From: an uncultured Chlorobium sp.
GTDB lineage: Bacteria > Bacteroidota > Chlorobiia > Chlorobiales > Chlorobiaceae
Length of the DNA: 64,000 nt
Assembly: GCA_964389595.1 (NCBI GenBank)
Contig: CAYMEL010000002.1
Coordinates: 20,278-84,277, forward strand
Reading direction: 5' to 3'
Below the pieces are notes generated by a model. That model made no database searches, had not been told where the DNA came from, and saw nothing but the letters and a program-made list of their open reading frames with translations. Shown in pieces: positions 42,595 to 51,718 of the stretch; position 1 is the first letter of the stretch; each line of letters starts with the position of its first letter. The position numbers and the translations under genes are program-made.

Positions 42595-42861
42595 CTCTTT
42601 TGCGATAGCCTTTATTTATGCGGGCGGCTTCTATCATTCGTTTTTCCCGGGCAGTTTCTTCACTTCGTTAGAGCAGGGAGTTGTTAATAATTCGGAGAGA
42701 AAATCCTGCCGGGATTTATGGTAATCCTTTGAAAAATATACTGCTCCGTGTACTATGTAATGAATGGAAGCACGGCAAATTTTTCATTCCGACAGCGTCG
42801 GACGAACTGAATTGACATGTTTCTGCAAAGAGATCAAGAAGATTGGAGCGCTGCATAATCG

Positions 42862-44181
42862 ATGACAAAAAAGGTGCACATACGAACCTTCGGCTGCCAG
42901 ATGAATCAGGCCGATACGGAAATTATCGTTTCTCTTCTGCAGGATGAGGGGTACGTGATGACCGATTCCGAAGACAGCGCCGACCTTGTAATACTCAATA
43001 CCTGCGCGGTAAGGGAAAACGCGGTCGAGAAAATCATGAACATGCTGGATAACCTGAAAGGAAAAAGGCGGGCGCGGCCGGACCTGCTAATCGGCGTTAT
43101 CGGTTGTGTTCCCCAGTACTACCGCGAGAAAATGTTCAAAATGACTGACGGTATCGACTTTCTTGCAGGGCCGGATACCTACCGCCAGCTTCCGCTGCTT
43201 ATTGAAAACGCAGAACAGGGCATACGTGGAGCGAATATTGCATTTCTACCAGAAGAGACCTATGACGGTATCGAGCCCGTTCGTACAGGTTCGATCAGTG
43301 CGTTTGTTCCTGTTATGCGCGGGTGCAACAACCGCTGTGCGTTTTGTGTCGTACCCTTTACAAGGGGGAAAGAGCGAAGCCGGCCGATCGAGTCCGTTAT
43401 CGGCGAGGTTCGGCAACTTGTCGGCAAGGGGTACCGGGAGATAACCCTGCTCGGCCAGAACGTCAATTCCTATTTCGACAAGGATGCCGGATGCGGTTTT
43501 TCCGAACTGCTGGAAAAGGCTGCGCAGGTTGCCCGTGGAGTGCGAATAAGGTTCACAACATCGCATCCCAAGGATATTTCGGAAACACTCGTTCGTGCCA
43601 TTGCTGCGCAGGAAAATATCTGCAATACCATTCATCTGCCGGTGCAGTCCGGTTCGACAAGTATGCTGAAACTGATGCAGAGGGGGCACACCAGGGAAGC
43701 ATATCTTGAAAAGATCGCGATGATTCGCCGCTGTATCCCGGACGTTACGATCTCGACCGACCTGATTGCCGGTTTCTGCGGTGAAACCGAAGAGGACCAT
43801 CAGGAAACGTTGAGCCTGATGGAAGAAGTCCGCTTTGATTTTTCCTACATGTTCTATTACTCGGTGCGCCCCGGAACCTATGCCGCCAGGCATCTGCCGG
43901 ACGATGTTCCGGATGCGGTAAAAAAACGCCGACTTGAAGAGATTATCGCCTTGCAGAACAGAATTTCAGGGGAGCACTATGCAGCAGAAATCGGAAATAC
44001 TGTAGAGGTGCTTGTCGAGACGGAGAGCAAACGGTCCGACAAGATGCTTATGGGCAGGACCGCTTCAAACCGGGTTGTTGTGTTTGAGCGCAATGGTTTT
44101 CTTCCGGGTGACCTGGTTCATGTACGCATTGCATCTTCGACATCGGCGACCCTCATCGGAACGCCAGCCGGTTCTTTCTGA
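42862..44181 (+). CDS. miaB: tRNA methylthiotransferase MiaB
   Basis: TFGCQMN, NTCAVRE, RGCNNRCAFCVVP, HLPVQSGS, TRAM domain. Confidence 0.96.
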   Translation: MTKKVHIRTFGCQMNQADTEIIVSLLQDEGYVMTDSEDSADLVILNTCAVRENAVEKIMNMLDNLKGKRRARPDLLIGVIGCVPQYYREKMFKMTDGIDFLAGPDTYRQLPLLIENAEQGIRGANIAFLPEETYDGIEPVRTGSISAFVPVMRGCNNRCAFCVVPFTRGKERSRPIESVIGEVRQLVGKGYREITLLGQNVNSYFDKDAGCGFSELLEKAAQVARGVRIRFTTSHPKDISETLVRAIAAQENICNTIHLPVQSGSTSMLKLMQRGHTREAYLEKIAMIRRCIPDVTISTDLIAGFCGETEEDHQETLSLMEEVRFDFSYMFYYSVRPGTYAARHLPDDVPDAVKKRRLEEIIALQNRISGEHYAAEIGNTVEVLVETESKRSDKMLMGRTASNRVVVFERNGFLPGDLVHVRIASSTSATLIGTPAGSF

Positions 44182-44277
44182 GCTTTTTTATGTTGCAGTA
44201 TATTTGTAAATTAGCTTTTTGCACGTGAGTATCTTGATCAACACAGCGCTCTTCAATGGGCGAACTTCAGCAGTATA

Positions 44278-45285
44278 ATGTCAGTTACCGCCAATCGTAG
44301 TTTGAGTATAACCGATAAGATCCGGGCGCATCTTGAAATTCTCGATCCGGTAACATGGATCAGTGTTTTCCCATATCTTGCCGGCGGCGTTATGGTTTCC
44401 GGTGCCATGCAGCCGACGCTTCACGATTATCTTCTTCTTCTCGCTCTTTTTTTAATGTTCGGTCCTCTTGGTACAGGGTTCAGCCAGTCGATCAACGATT
44501 ATTATGACCTTGAACTCGACAGGGTAAACGAACCCACCCGGCCCGTTCCATCGGGCAGGTTGACGGAAAATGAGGCATTGTGGAACAGCGTTGTGGTGTT
44601 TCTGCTGGCTCTCGGGATAGGGATTTTCCTCGGATTCTATATCGGGGGGACTCGAGGGATGATTATTCTTGGCTCCATAGTAGCGGGTTTGATAATAGGG
44701 TATATTTATTCTGCGCCACCGTTCAAGCTGAAGAAGAATATTCTCACATCGGCGCCGGCCGTAGGGTTTTATTATGGCTTTATAACCTGGTTTTCAGCCA
44801 ATGCACTGTTCAGCGACATTCGCCCTGAAGTCTACTGGCTTGCCGGTCTTAACTTCTTTATGGCGGTTGCTTTGATTATTCTCAACGATTTCAAATCGGC
44901 AGAAGGTGACAGGAAAGGCGGGTTGAAGTCGTTGACCGTGATGATAGGTTCCAAGGCTACATTTCTGGTGTCTTTCATTATTATCGATCTGGTTTTTCTT
45001 GTTTTTGCATGGCTGGAGTTTCGTTGGGGTCTTTACCCGCTGGTTCTGCTGATGCTGGGGGGGCTCTTACTGAATATCATTCTGCAGATAAGACTGTATC
45101 GGGATCCGGCGAGCGGACTTTCCATAGCAAATACCGTTGTGGAGGACGGGTTCGGCAACGCGATCGGCCAGAGTGAGGTTATCGAGCATAAGGCCTTTCT
45201 GCAATTTCAGGTTGCAAATAATATTTTATTCCTGTTCAATAATCTCATTGCAGCCGGTGCCATTGGAATACAGTACATGAATTGA
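44278..45285 (+). CDS. bchK: chlorosome bacteriochlorophyll synthase BchK-like, copy 1 (UbiA family)
   Basis: LDPVTW, SQSINDYYD.ELD..NEP.RP.PSGR, ILNDFKS.EGD; neighbours prenyl kinase and cruC-like genes. Confidence 0.75.
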   Translation: MSVTANRSLSITDKIRAHLEILDPVTWISVFPYLAGGVMVSGAMQPTLHDYLLLLALFLMFGPLGTGFSQSINDYYDLELDRVNEPTRPVPSGRLTENEALWNSVVVFLLALGIGIFLGFYIGGTRGMIILGSIVAGLIIGYIYSAPPFKLKKNILTSAPAVGFYYGFITWFSANALFSDIRPEVYWLAGLNFFMAVALIILNDFKSAEGDRKGGLKSLTVMIGSKATFLVSFIIIDLVFLVFAWLEFRWGLYPLVLLMLGGLLLNIILQIRLYRDPASGLSIANTVVEDGFGNAIGQSEVIEHKAFLQFQVANNILFLFNNLIAAGAIGIQYMN

Positions 45286-45477
45286 TGTACTTGAACGTTG
45301 TTTTTAAGAAAAACCGTTTGGTTTACCGTTGCAGGGCGTAATGGTTTTTTTAATGATACAGGATGTATAAATTCCTTTCTCTTGGCAAAGGGCTTTTCCG
45401 CGCTACCGGGGCGCTGTGCACCGGAACCATGTCCTTTGCAGTCATGTTTTGAATAGAGAACGTATTAAAGTAGTCTC

Positions 45478-46488
45478 ATGTCAGTTGTTGCAAACAAACG
45501 ATTAAGTTTTACGGATAAGGTAAGGGCTCACCTGGAAATTCTCGATCCGGTGACCTGGATCAGTGTTTTTCCCCCATTGGCAGGAGGTGTCATGGCTTCA
45601 GGGGCCATGCAGCCTACATTGCATGATTATATGCTGCTTCTCGGGATTTTTTTGATGTTCGGACCATTGGGTACCGGATTCAGCCAGTCCATCAACGATT
45701 ATTTTGATCTCGAACTGGACAAAATCAACGAACCTACAAGGCCGATTCCTTCAGGCAGACTGACTGAAAAAGAGGCTGTGTGGAACAGTGTTGTGGTTGC
45801 TCTTTTTGCCCTTGCAATTGGATTTTTATTTTGGTTGCATATCGGCGGTACAAGGGGGCTGATTATCGTTTCTTCGATAATCGCGGGCTTGATTGTTGCC
45901 TATATCTACTCCGCCCCCCCTCTCAAGCTGAAGAAAAACATTCTGACCTCTGCTCCGGCTGTAGGTTTTTCTTACAGTATGATTACCTTTTTTTCAGCCA
46001 ACGCACTGTTCAGTGATATTCGTCCGGAAGTCTACTGGCTGGCCGGACTCAACTTCTTTATGGCGATGGCGCTGATCATTCTCAACGATTTCAAGTCTGC
46101 CAAGGGGGACAAGGAAGGTGGTTTGAAATCACTCACGGTCATGATCGGTGCCAGGGGTACGTTTCTGGTGTCTTTCATTATTATCGATCTGGTTTTTCTT
46201 GTGTTTGCATGGCTCGAGTACCAATGGGGTTTTTATTACCTGGTTATTTTGATGCTTGGTGGACTACTAATGAACCTCATCCTTCAGGTCAAACTTCTCA
46301 ATGATCCCAAAAGCGGGGTGGGATTTATGGAAAGCGCGGTTGATGATGTTTTCGGCAATACGATCGGGCAAAGTGATGTTTCCGAACATAAAGCGTATCT
46401 GAGGTTTCAGCTTGCAAACAATGTCCTGTTTTTATCCAATAACCTGTTTGCTGCCGGTGCAATCGGTATGAAGTATATGCACGGATAA
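45478..46488 (+). CDS. bchK: chlorosome bacteriochlorophyll synthase BchK-like, copy 2
   Basis: Same motifs; collinear with copy 1 at a 1200-nt offset. Confidence 0.75.
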   Translation: MSVVANKRLSFTDKVRAHLEILDPVTWISVFPPLAGGVMASGAMQPTLHDYMLLLGIFLMFGPLGTGFSQSINDYFDLELDKINEPTRPIPSGRLTEKEAVWNSVVVALFALAIGFLFWLHIGGTRGLIIVSSIIAGLIVAYIYSAPPLKLKKNILTSAPAVGFSYSMITFFSANALFSDIRPEVYWLAGLNFFMAMALIILNDFKSAKGDKEGGLKSLTVMIGARGTFLVSFIIIDLVFLVFAWLEYQWGFYYLVILMLGGLLMNLILQVKLLNDPKSGVGFMESAVDDVFGNTIGQSDVSEHKAYLRFQLANNVLFLSNNLFAAGAIGMKYMHG

Positions 46489-46516
46489 TTTTCGAATAAA
46501 CGTTCAGGAGTTGTTT

Positions 46517-47230
46517 ATGGGGACAATCGAGACGACATTTTTTGGCTGGCCGGTTCTCTGGCACAATGTTTTTATTACATTTCTGACTTTTTTCTACGTT
46601 TTCAGTGTGCCTCCCCTTATGGATTATCTCGTGACGAACCACAACCTTTCACGGGATATCAGCCGTAAAATAACGCACATCTGCGCCGGTTCTGTCATCA
46701 TCTTTCTTCCTCTTTTTCAGGATGGCCACTGGAGTCAGTATCTGAATGTTTCCGTGTATGTTGTCTGGGCGCTGCTTTTTCTCCAGAAGGGTTTTTTTGC
46801 GGCTGATGACGATCAGGCCATTAAAACCATGACGCGGACAGGCGATAAACGTGAACTCTTGAAAGGCACACTCTATTTTGTAATCGTGGGGATTGTCTGT
46901 GGAACAGTTTACTATAAGCAGTTTCCCGGTGTGCTGGCAATGGCGGTTCTCGGCTGGGGTGACGGACTTGCTCCGATTATCGGCATGAAGCTCGGCAAAA
47001 TGAAATACAAGGTCTTGTGTGAGAAAACCGTCGAGGGCAGCCTTGCATTTTTCGCAGGCAGCGTTCTGGCCGGAATGTTTTTTGTCTGGCTGATTGTTCC
47101 CGAAGCATTCGACCTTACAACCATTCTCCTCGTTGCGCTCGCCGCGACAATTGTCGAGGGAGTGAGCCCGAAGGAAGTTGACAATATTTTTATTCCCATC
47201 ACGGTAATAGCACTTGTTTTCCTTCTTTAA
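46517..47230 (+). CDS. CTP-dependent phytol/farnesol (polyprenol) kinase, VTE5/dolichol kinase-like
   Basis: SRKITHI, GWGDGLAPIIG, KTVEGS, DNIFIP; ATG 46517 with AGGAG. Confidence 0.85.
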   Translation: MGTIETTFFGWPVLWHNVFITFLTFFYVFSVPPLMDYLVTNHNLSRDISRKITHICAGSVIIFLPLFQDGHWSQYLNVSVYVVWALLFLQKGFFAADDDQAIKTMTRTGDKRELLKGTLYFVIVGIVCGTVYYKQFPGVLAMAVLGWGDGLAPIIGMKLGKMKYKVLCEKTVEGSLAFFAGSVLAGMFFVWLIVPEAFDLTTILLVALAATIVEGVSPKEVDNIFIPITVIALVFLL

Positions 47231-47255
47231 GTGAAGGGACAAAACTTGCGTATGC

Positions 47256-47990
47256 ATGTCGAAAAGCTTCTTTGTCAGCGATATTCATTTTGGACTGCAG
47301 TCGGTTCATGAAGAGAATATCAAGCAGTCGCGTTTCGAAAAGCTCTGCGGTGTCGTGGCCCAGGAAGGAAAAGCGCTCTACATGGTAGGCGATATACTCG
47401 ACTACTGGATGGAGTTTCATCATGTCATTCCGAAATACTTCGACGGATTTCTCTGCCGGCTCAGGGCGCTTGTCCATAAAGGCGTCGAGGTTCACTATTA
47501 CGCAGGTAATCATGATTTCTCTCTCGGTGGCTATTTTAAAGAGAGCCTCGGGGTGGAAACATGGTACGGTATGCGGGAAGTTGTTATCGACGGCAAACGC
47601 TTTATCATTACCCACGGCGACGGGCTTGATAAAAGCGATAGAGGATATCGGCTGTTTGTCAAACTGGTCCGAAACCGCTTCAATGTCTCCCTGCTGTCGA
47701 ACCTTCAGCCCGATCTCGCTATTGCCATTATGCGCACATTTTCACGGCTCAGCCGCAAACATGGTTCGTCGGATATGCAGGGTGAGGCTGATTTTTTGCT
47801 GCAGCATGCCGATGCTATGGCCGGTGAAAAAGATTTTGACTATTTTGTCTGCGGCCACAGTCATGTACAGGGCCGGAAAACACTGTCCAATGCGCACAGC
47901 GAGTATATTAATCTCGGGACATGGATCGACGGGATTTATCCCTATGGGGTGTTTGAGGAGGGGGAGTTTTCCCTGAAGCAACTACTTTAG
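47256..47990 (+). CDS. lpxH: UDP-2,3-diacylglucosamine diphosphatase
   Basis: SDIH, GDILD, GNHD, THGD, GHSH, NLG.W metallophosphoesterase motifs. Confidence 0.85.
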   Translation: MSKSFFVSDIHFGLQSVHEENIKQSRFEKLCGVVAQEGKALYMVGDILDYWMEFHHVIPKYFDGFLCRLRALVHKGVEVHYYAGNHDFSLGGYFKESLGVETWYGMREVVIDGKRFIITHGDGLDKSDRGYRLFVKLVRNRFNVSLLSNLQPDLAIAIMRTFSRLSRKHGSSDMQGEADFLLQHADAMAGEKDFDYFVCGHSHVQGRKTLSNAHSEYINLGTWIDGIYPYGVFEEGEFSLKQLL

Positions 47991-48008
47991 GACTCCGTTT
48001 GCCTTGTA

Positions 48009-48025
48009 TCCCGATTGCATCGGGA
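48009..48025. repeat. TCCCGA-N5-TCGGGA palindrome
   Basis: TCCCGATTGCATCGGGA in the lpxH-hisG gap. Confidence 0.6.
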
Positions 48026-48090
48026 CTCATGACAATAAATAAATAAAGGTGCCTTTTCGATAACTTGTTTAACAACAGAAAGAACTTACA

Positions 48091-48975
48091 ATGAGTGAAA
48101 CTGAAAGGATTTTGAAATTGGGCTTGCCGAAGGGAAGTTTGCAGGACTCAACGATAGATTTGTTTGCAAAAGCCGGATTTCATTTTTCCGTAAAAAGTCG
48201 TTCTTACTTTCCTTCAATCGAAGATGACGAGCTGGAAGCGATTCTTATCCGCGCCCAGGAGATGGCACATTATGTCGAGCTGGGCGCTTTCGATGTAGGG
48301 CTTACCGGGAAAGACTGGATCATAGAGACCGATGCCGATGTTGTTGAAGTATCAGATCTGGTTTACTCCAAAGCCTCGATGCGTCCTGTCCGATGGGTGC
48401 TGGCTGTTCCCGAGAGTTCGCCGATACACTCGGTACGGGACCTTGAAGGGAAGCATATCTCAACCGAAGTTGTCAATATTGCCAAAAAGTACCTCGACGA
48501 GAACAAGGTCAGTGCCCATGTTGAATTCAGCTGGGGAGCGACCGAGGTCAAGCCGCCCGAACTGGCCGACGCCATTGTAGAGGTGACGGAAACCGGCAGT
48601 TCGCTTCGCGCCAACAAGCTTCGAATCGTCGATGTCCTGCTTGAATCCAATACGAAACTGATCGCCAATAAAGATTCCTGGAACGATCCATGGAAAAGGG
48701 AGAAAATCGAAAACATGGCGATGCTTCTGCAGGGCGCCATCAACGCACAGGGCAAGGTCGGTCTGAAAATGAATGCTCCCAAGTCTTCCCTCAAAAAAAT
48801 CACACAGCTTATACCGGCACTTCGGCAGCCAACTGTTTCACATCTTGCCGACGATAACTGGGTTGCGCTCGAAGTGATCGTCGAGGAGAAAGTGGTACGT
48901 TCGGTCATCCCCGACCTGAAACGGGCGGGTGCAGAGGGTATTTTCGAGTACGATATAAGCAAGCTTATAGACTGA
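48091..48975 (+). CDS. hisG: ATP phosphoribosyltransferase (long form)
   Basis: [38 protein letters not shown]-terminal regulatory domain. Confidence 0.96.
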   Translation: MSETERILKLGLPKGSLQDSTIDLFAKAGFHFSVKSRSYFPSIEDDELEAILIRAQEMAHYVELGAFDVGLTGKDWIIETDADVVEVSDLVYSKASMRPVRWVLAVPESSPIHSVRDLEGKHISTEVVNIAKKYLDENKVSAHVEFSWGATEVKPPELADAIVEVTETGSSLRANKLRIVDVLLESNTKLIANKDSWNDPWKREKIENMAMLLQGAINAQGKVGLKMNAPKSSLKKITQLIPALRQPTVSHLADDNWVALEVIVEEKVVRSVIPDLKRAGAEGIFEYDISKLID

Positions 48976-48997
48976 GGACGCCTTTCTTCATTTGTTC

Positions 48998-49073
48998 GCG
49001 TTCCGATAGCTGCGTTGGTCCCGACAAGTCGGGACACGCTACCAATGGAAACGGAACGCTATCCGCTTTTTTT
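48998..49073. repeat. nested hairpin containing GTCCCGAC-AA-GTCGGGAC, followed by T run
   Basis: Outer arms GCGTTCCG 48998-49005 / CGGAACGC 49052-59; inner arms 49018-25 / 49028-35. Confidence 0.6.
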
Positions 49074-49075
49074 AT

Positions 49076-49118
49076 TATAGGACCTGTAAGTCTCCTATAG
49101 GTCCCATAGGTCTTATAT
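49076..49118. repeat. imperfect 9-nt tandem units (YNTARGWCY)
   Basis: TATAGGACC TGTAAGTCT cc TATAGGTCC CATAGGTCT TATAT. Confidence 0.7.
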
Positions 49119-49152
49119 ATTAAGATTGTATGCTTGTTAAAATGCGCAAGGT

Positions 49153-50310
49153 ATGTTGCTCACCTACCAGCTTATAATCCTTTGCTGCCTCCTGGTATTC
49201 CTGGCAATACTGCTCCTGAACCTGAAGGAACTGCCGGTGCTGCCACCGGTTTCCGACGAGGCCGAACAGCCAAAGGTTTCCGTGCTGGTTCCCGCTCGTA
49301 ATGAGGAGAACAATATAGAGCGCTGTATAACCTCTCTCCTGCAGCAGGATTATGCCAATTATGAACTGATTGTTCTGAATGATGGTTCGACCGACCGTAC
49401 AGGAGAAATCCTCGAGAGGCTGCAGCAGGAAGACAAGCGGTCACTTCTCCGGATACTGGACGGTAAGCCGCTTCCGGAAGGCTGGCATGGCAAGGCATGG
49501 GCCTGCAATCAGTTGGGAAAAGCTGCCAGAGGCGAGTTCCTTGTTTTTACCGATGCCGACACCTTTCATTCATCTGACAGTCTTTCGCGCTCCGTTGCGG
49601 CCATGCGCCAAAGCGGTGCGGATATGCTCTCCATGACTCCCCGCCAGGAGATGCATTCATTCTGGGAAAAGCTCATCGTTCCATTGATCTATTTCATTCT
49701 TCTCTGCTATCTTCCCCTGAAACTAGTCTCTGCGACACCTGCACCTTCGCTTTGTTTCGCGAACGGTCAGTTCCTGATGTTCCGCCGCAGGATGTACAGG
49801 GAAATAGGCGGCCATAAAGCGGTGAGCCGCGATCTTGTCGAGGATGTATGGTTGTGCAAGGCAGTCAAGCGAAACGCCGGCAAGGTATTGAGCTACAACG
49901 GGATGGAGACGGTGAGCTGCCGGATGTACAGGAACTTTTCCGAGGTCTGGCAGGGTTTTTCGAAAAACCTTTTTGCAGGTCTTGGATACAGCACACCCCT
50001 TTTATTGATCCTGATGATTATCACGGTGCTTGTCTATATTGCTCCCTACGGCTTTCTCGTCAGCGCCTTCATCAGGGCCGATTTTTCACTCGCTTTATTC
50101 TGGCTGCCTCTGATGCAAATTTTCATTGCGCTTCTATGCAGGTTGTTGATTGCGCAAAGGTTCCAGCAGTCTATGCCTGAAGCGCTGCTGCATGTCTTTT
50201 CACAGATGGCACTCCTCGGCATCGCCGCGAACTCCTTTTTCCTGGTTACCTTCGGCAAGGGATCGCAATGGAAAGGGCGGAGGTATAACTTTTCGGGGAA
50301 GGGTGCATAG
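49153..50310 (+). CDS. cruC: GT2 glycosyltransferase, carotenoid (hydroxychlorobactene) glucosyltransferase CruC-like
   Basis: VSVLVPARNEE, NDGSTD, GWHGKAWAC, TDAD, ANGQ, VEDV, WQGFSKN; photopigment neighbourhood. Confidence 0.75.
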   Translation: MLLTYQLIILCCLLVFLAILLLNLKELPVLPPVSDEAEQPKVSVLVPARNEENNIERCITSLLQQDYANYELIVLNDGSTDRTGEILERLQQEDKRSLLRILDGKPLPEGWHGKAWACNQLGKAARGEFLVFTDADTFHSSDSLSRSVAAMRQSGADMLSMTPRQEMHSFWEKLIVPLIYFILLCYLPLKLVSATPAPSLCFANGQFLMFRRRMYREIGGHKAVSRDLVEDVWLCKAVKRNAGKVLSYNGMETVSCRMYRNFSEVWQGFSKNLFAGLGYSTPLLLILMIITVLVYIAPYGFLVSAFIRADFSLALFWLPLMQIFIALLCRLLIAQRFQQSMPEALLHVFSQMALLGIAANSFFLVTFGKGSQWKGRRYNFSGKGA

Positions 50311-50332
50311 TAGGGCAGGCTTTTTTGATTAT

Positions 50333-50355
50333 ATTGTACAAAAGGATTGTACGAT
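50333..50355. promoter_or_regulatory. candidate antitoxin operator (two TGTAC(A/G) cores)
   Basis: ATTGTACA (50333-40) and ATTGTACG (50346-53), 13 bp apart, upstream of the Phd/YefM-like gene. Confidence 0.4.
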
Positions 50356-50389
50356 TTGTGCTGAATCTGAAAAGGTTGCAAGAAAAACC

Positions 50390-50623
50390 ATGGGAACGAT
50401 AGCTGTCAGTGAATTGCGGGCTAATCTCAGAAAAGTGATGCGGCGTGTCGAACGTGGTGAAACACTTGATATCACTTCGATGGGAAAGGTGGTGGCGCGT
50501 CTTGTTCCGCCGGAAGACAAGCAGCGGGAATCGAGAAAAAAACTGAAGGAAATAGCACGAACGGCATCACTGCATGATGTTCTCTCTCCTCTCGGCGAAG
50601 AGTGGGAGGCAAACAAGCAATGA
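50390..50623 (+). CDS. Phd/YefM family antitoxin
   Basis: IAVSELRANL..VMRRVERGETLDITSMGKVVARLVP; ATG 50390; ATGA overlap with toxin. Confidence 0.88.
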   Translation: MGTIAVSELRANLRKVMRRVERGETLDITSMGKVVARLVPPEDKQRESRKKLKEIARTASLHDVLSPLGEEWEANKQ

Positions 50624-51015
50624 TCACTCTCGATACGCATGTGATTCTCTGGGATGCCTTGCAGCCGCAGATGCTCAGCAAAAAAGCAAGGGAAGCGATA
50701 GAAAAAGCAAATCAAACAGACGGTCTTTTATTCTGTTCGATCTCCCTGTGGGAAATAGCGATGCTGATCAGGAAAAAAAGGATTGAGGTCAACGTTCCCT
50801 ACAGAGATCTTGTTCAGCTCCTCTTATCGTGCAACAAGTATCTGTTTCAGGAAATAACTCCTGAAATAGCCGAGCTGTCAACAACTCTGCCCGACACGAT
50901 CAACAGCGATCCCGCCGACAGGATCATAGCAGCCTCATCCCTCATCACAAAAACCCCACTGGTAACAGCCGACGAGAACCTCCGCAAGTCGGAGTTGTTG
51001 CAAACGATCTGGTGA
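50620..51015 (+). CDS. VapC/PIN family toxin
   Basis: LDTHVILW, SISLWEIA, DPADRIIAA, LVTAD. Confidence 0.9.
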   Translation: MITLDTHVILWDALQPQMLSKKAREAIEKANQTDGLLFCSISLWEIAMLIRKKRIEVNVPYRDLVQLLLSCNKYLFQEITPEIAELSTTLPDTINSDPADRIIAASSLITKTPLVTADENLRKSELLQTIW

Positions 51016-51144
51016 ATAAGCCCTATCGGTCTAATCCTCCTCATGTATAATAACCGTATTTTCAGTAAGTTATAGCATACTAAGGAGTTCCTGACCATTA
51101 GTAATTTCTGCCTATGGCCGGAAAAGACGGGTAAAAAAAATGTT

Positions 51145-51608
51145 TCCAGAGAAAGGGAAATAGCCGAGGAGGTGATCGGTGACTGGAACATTGTCAACAG
51201 CGATGAAAGAAAACTGACGCTTGAAGCTGTTGTGTGGGAATCGCATTCTGCCCCGGAATCCGGTGACAGGATACAGGGAGTTTTGAATAAACAGATCGTC
51301 GATGCATGTGACGCAGCAATCGGGATTTTCCGGACAAGGATTGGAACCGATACCGGTGTTGCCCCTGGAGGTGCTGTGGAAGAGATCGAGCGTCTCGAGA
51401 AAATGGGCAAACCGGTCATGATCTATTTTTCGTTAGATAAGCTTCACCATGACGTTGATATCGAACAGCTTCAACAAGTAAGGCATTCAAAGCCAGGAGA
51501 CAGTGCAAGGGAGATTATCTCGGCGAATACAAGAATTCTGAAGATTTTCAAAAGAAGTTGACCCACCATCTCGGGGTACAAGTGCAACGGTGGTTTCCGG
51601 AATGCTGA
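51145..51608 (+). pseudogene. DUF4062-like gene, 5'-truncated and frameshifted near 51483
   Basis: VSREREIAEEVIGDWN...WESH...INKQIVD.CD..IGIF.TRIGT.TG...GAVEEIE; a -1 shift restores AFKARRQCKGDYLGEYKNSEDFQKKL...* (stop 51606-08). Confidence 0.6.
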
Positions 51609-51623
51609 ATAGAAGAGAATAAT

Positions 51624-51706
51624 GGACGAAAAGGACATAAGTGACATAAGGTAAGAGGGTAATATGTCTTTTTTCTTTTTCGTCCTTTAAGTCCTTTTTG
51701 TCATTT
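51624..51706. repeat. inverted arms built from 9-nt periodic units
   Basis: GAC at 51625/51634/51643 and GTC at 51682/51691/51700. Confidence 0.75.
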
Positions 51707-51718
51707 AAGGAGATTGTT

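Noticed and set aside
42645-42714. Imperfect long-range pairing (TCCCG..GCAG / CTGC..CGGGA) upstream of miaB
   Set aside because: Short bulged helices with no recognisable riboswitch consensus; compatible with chance.
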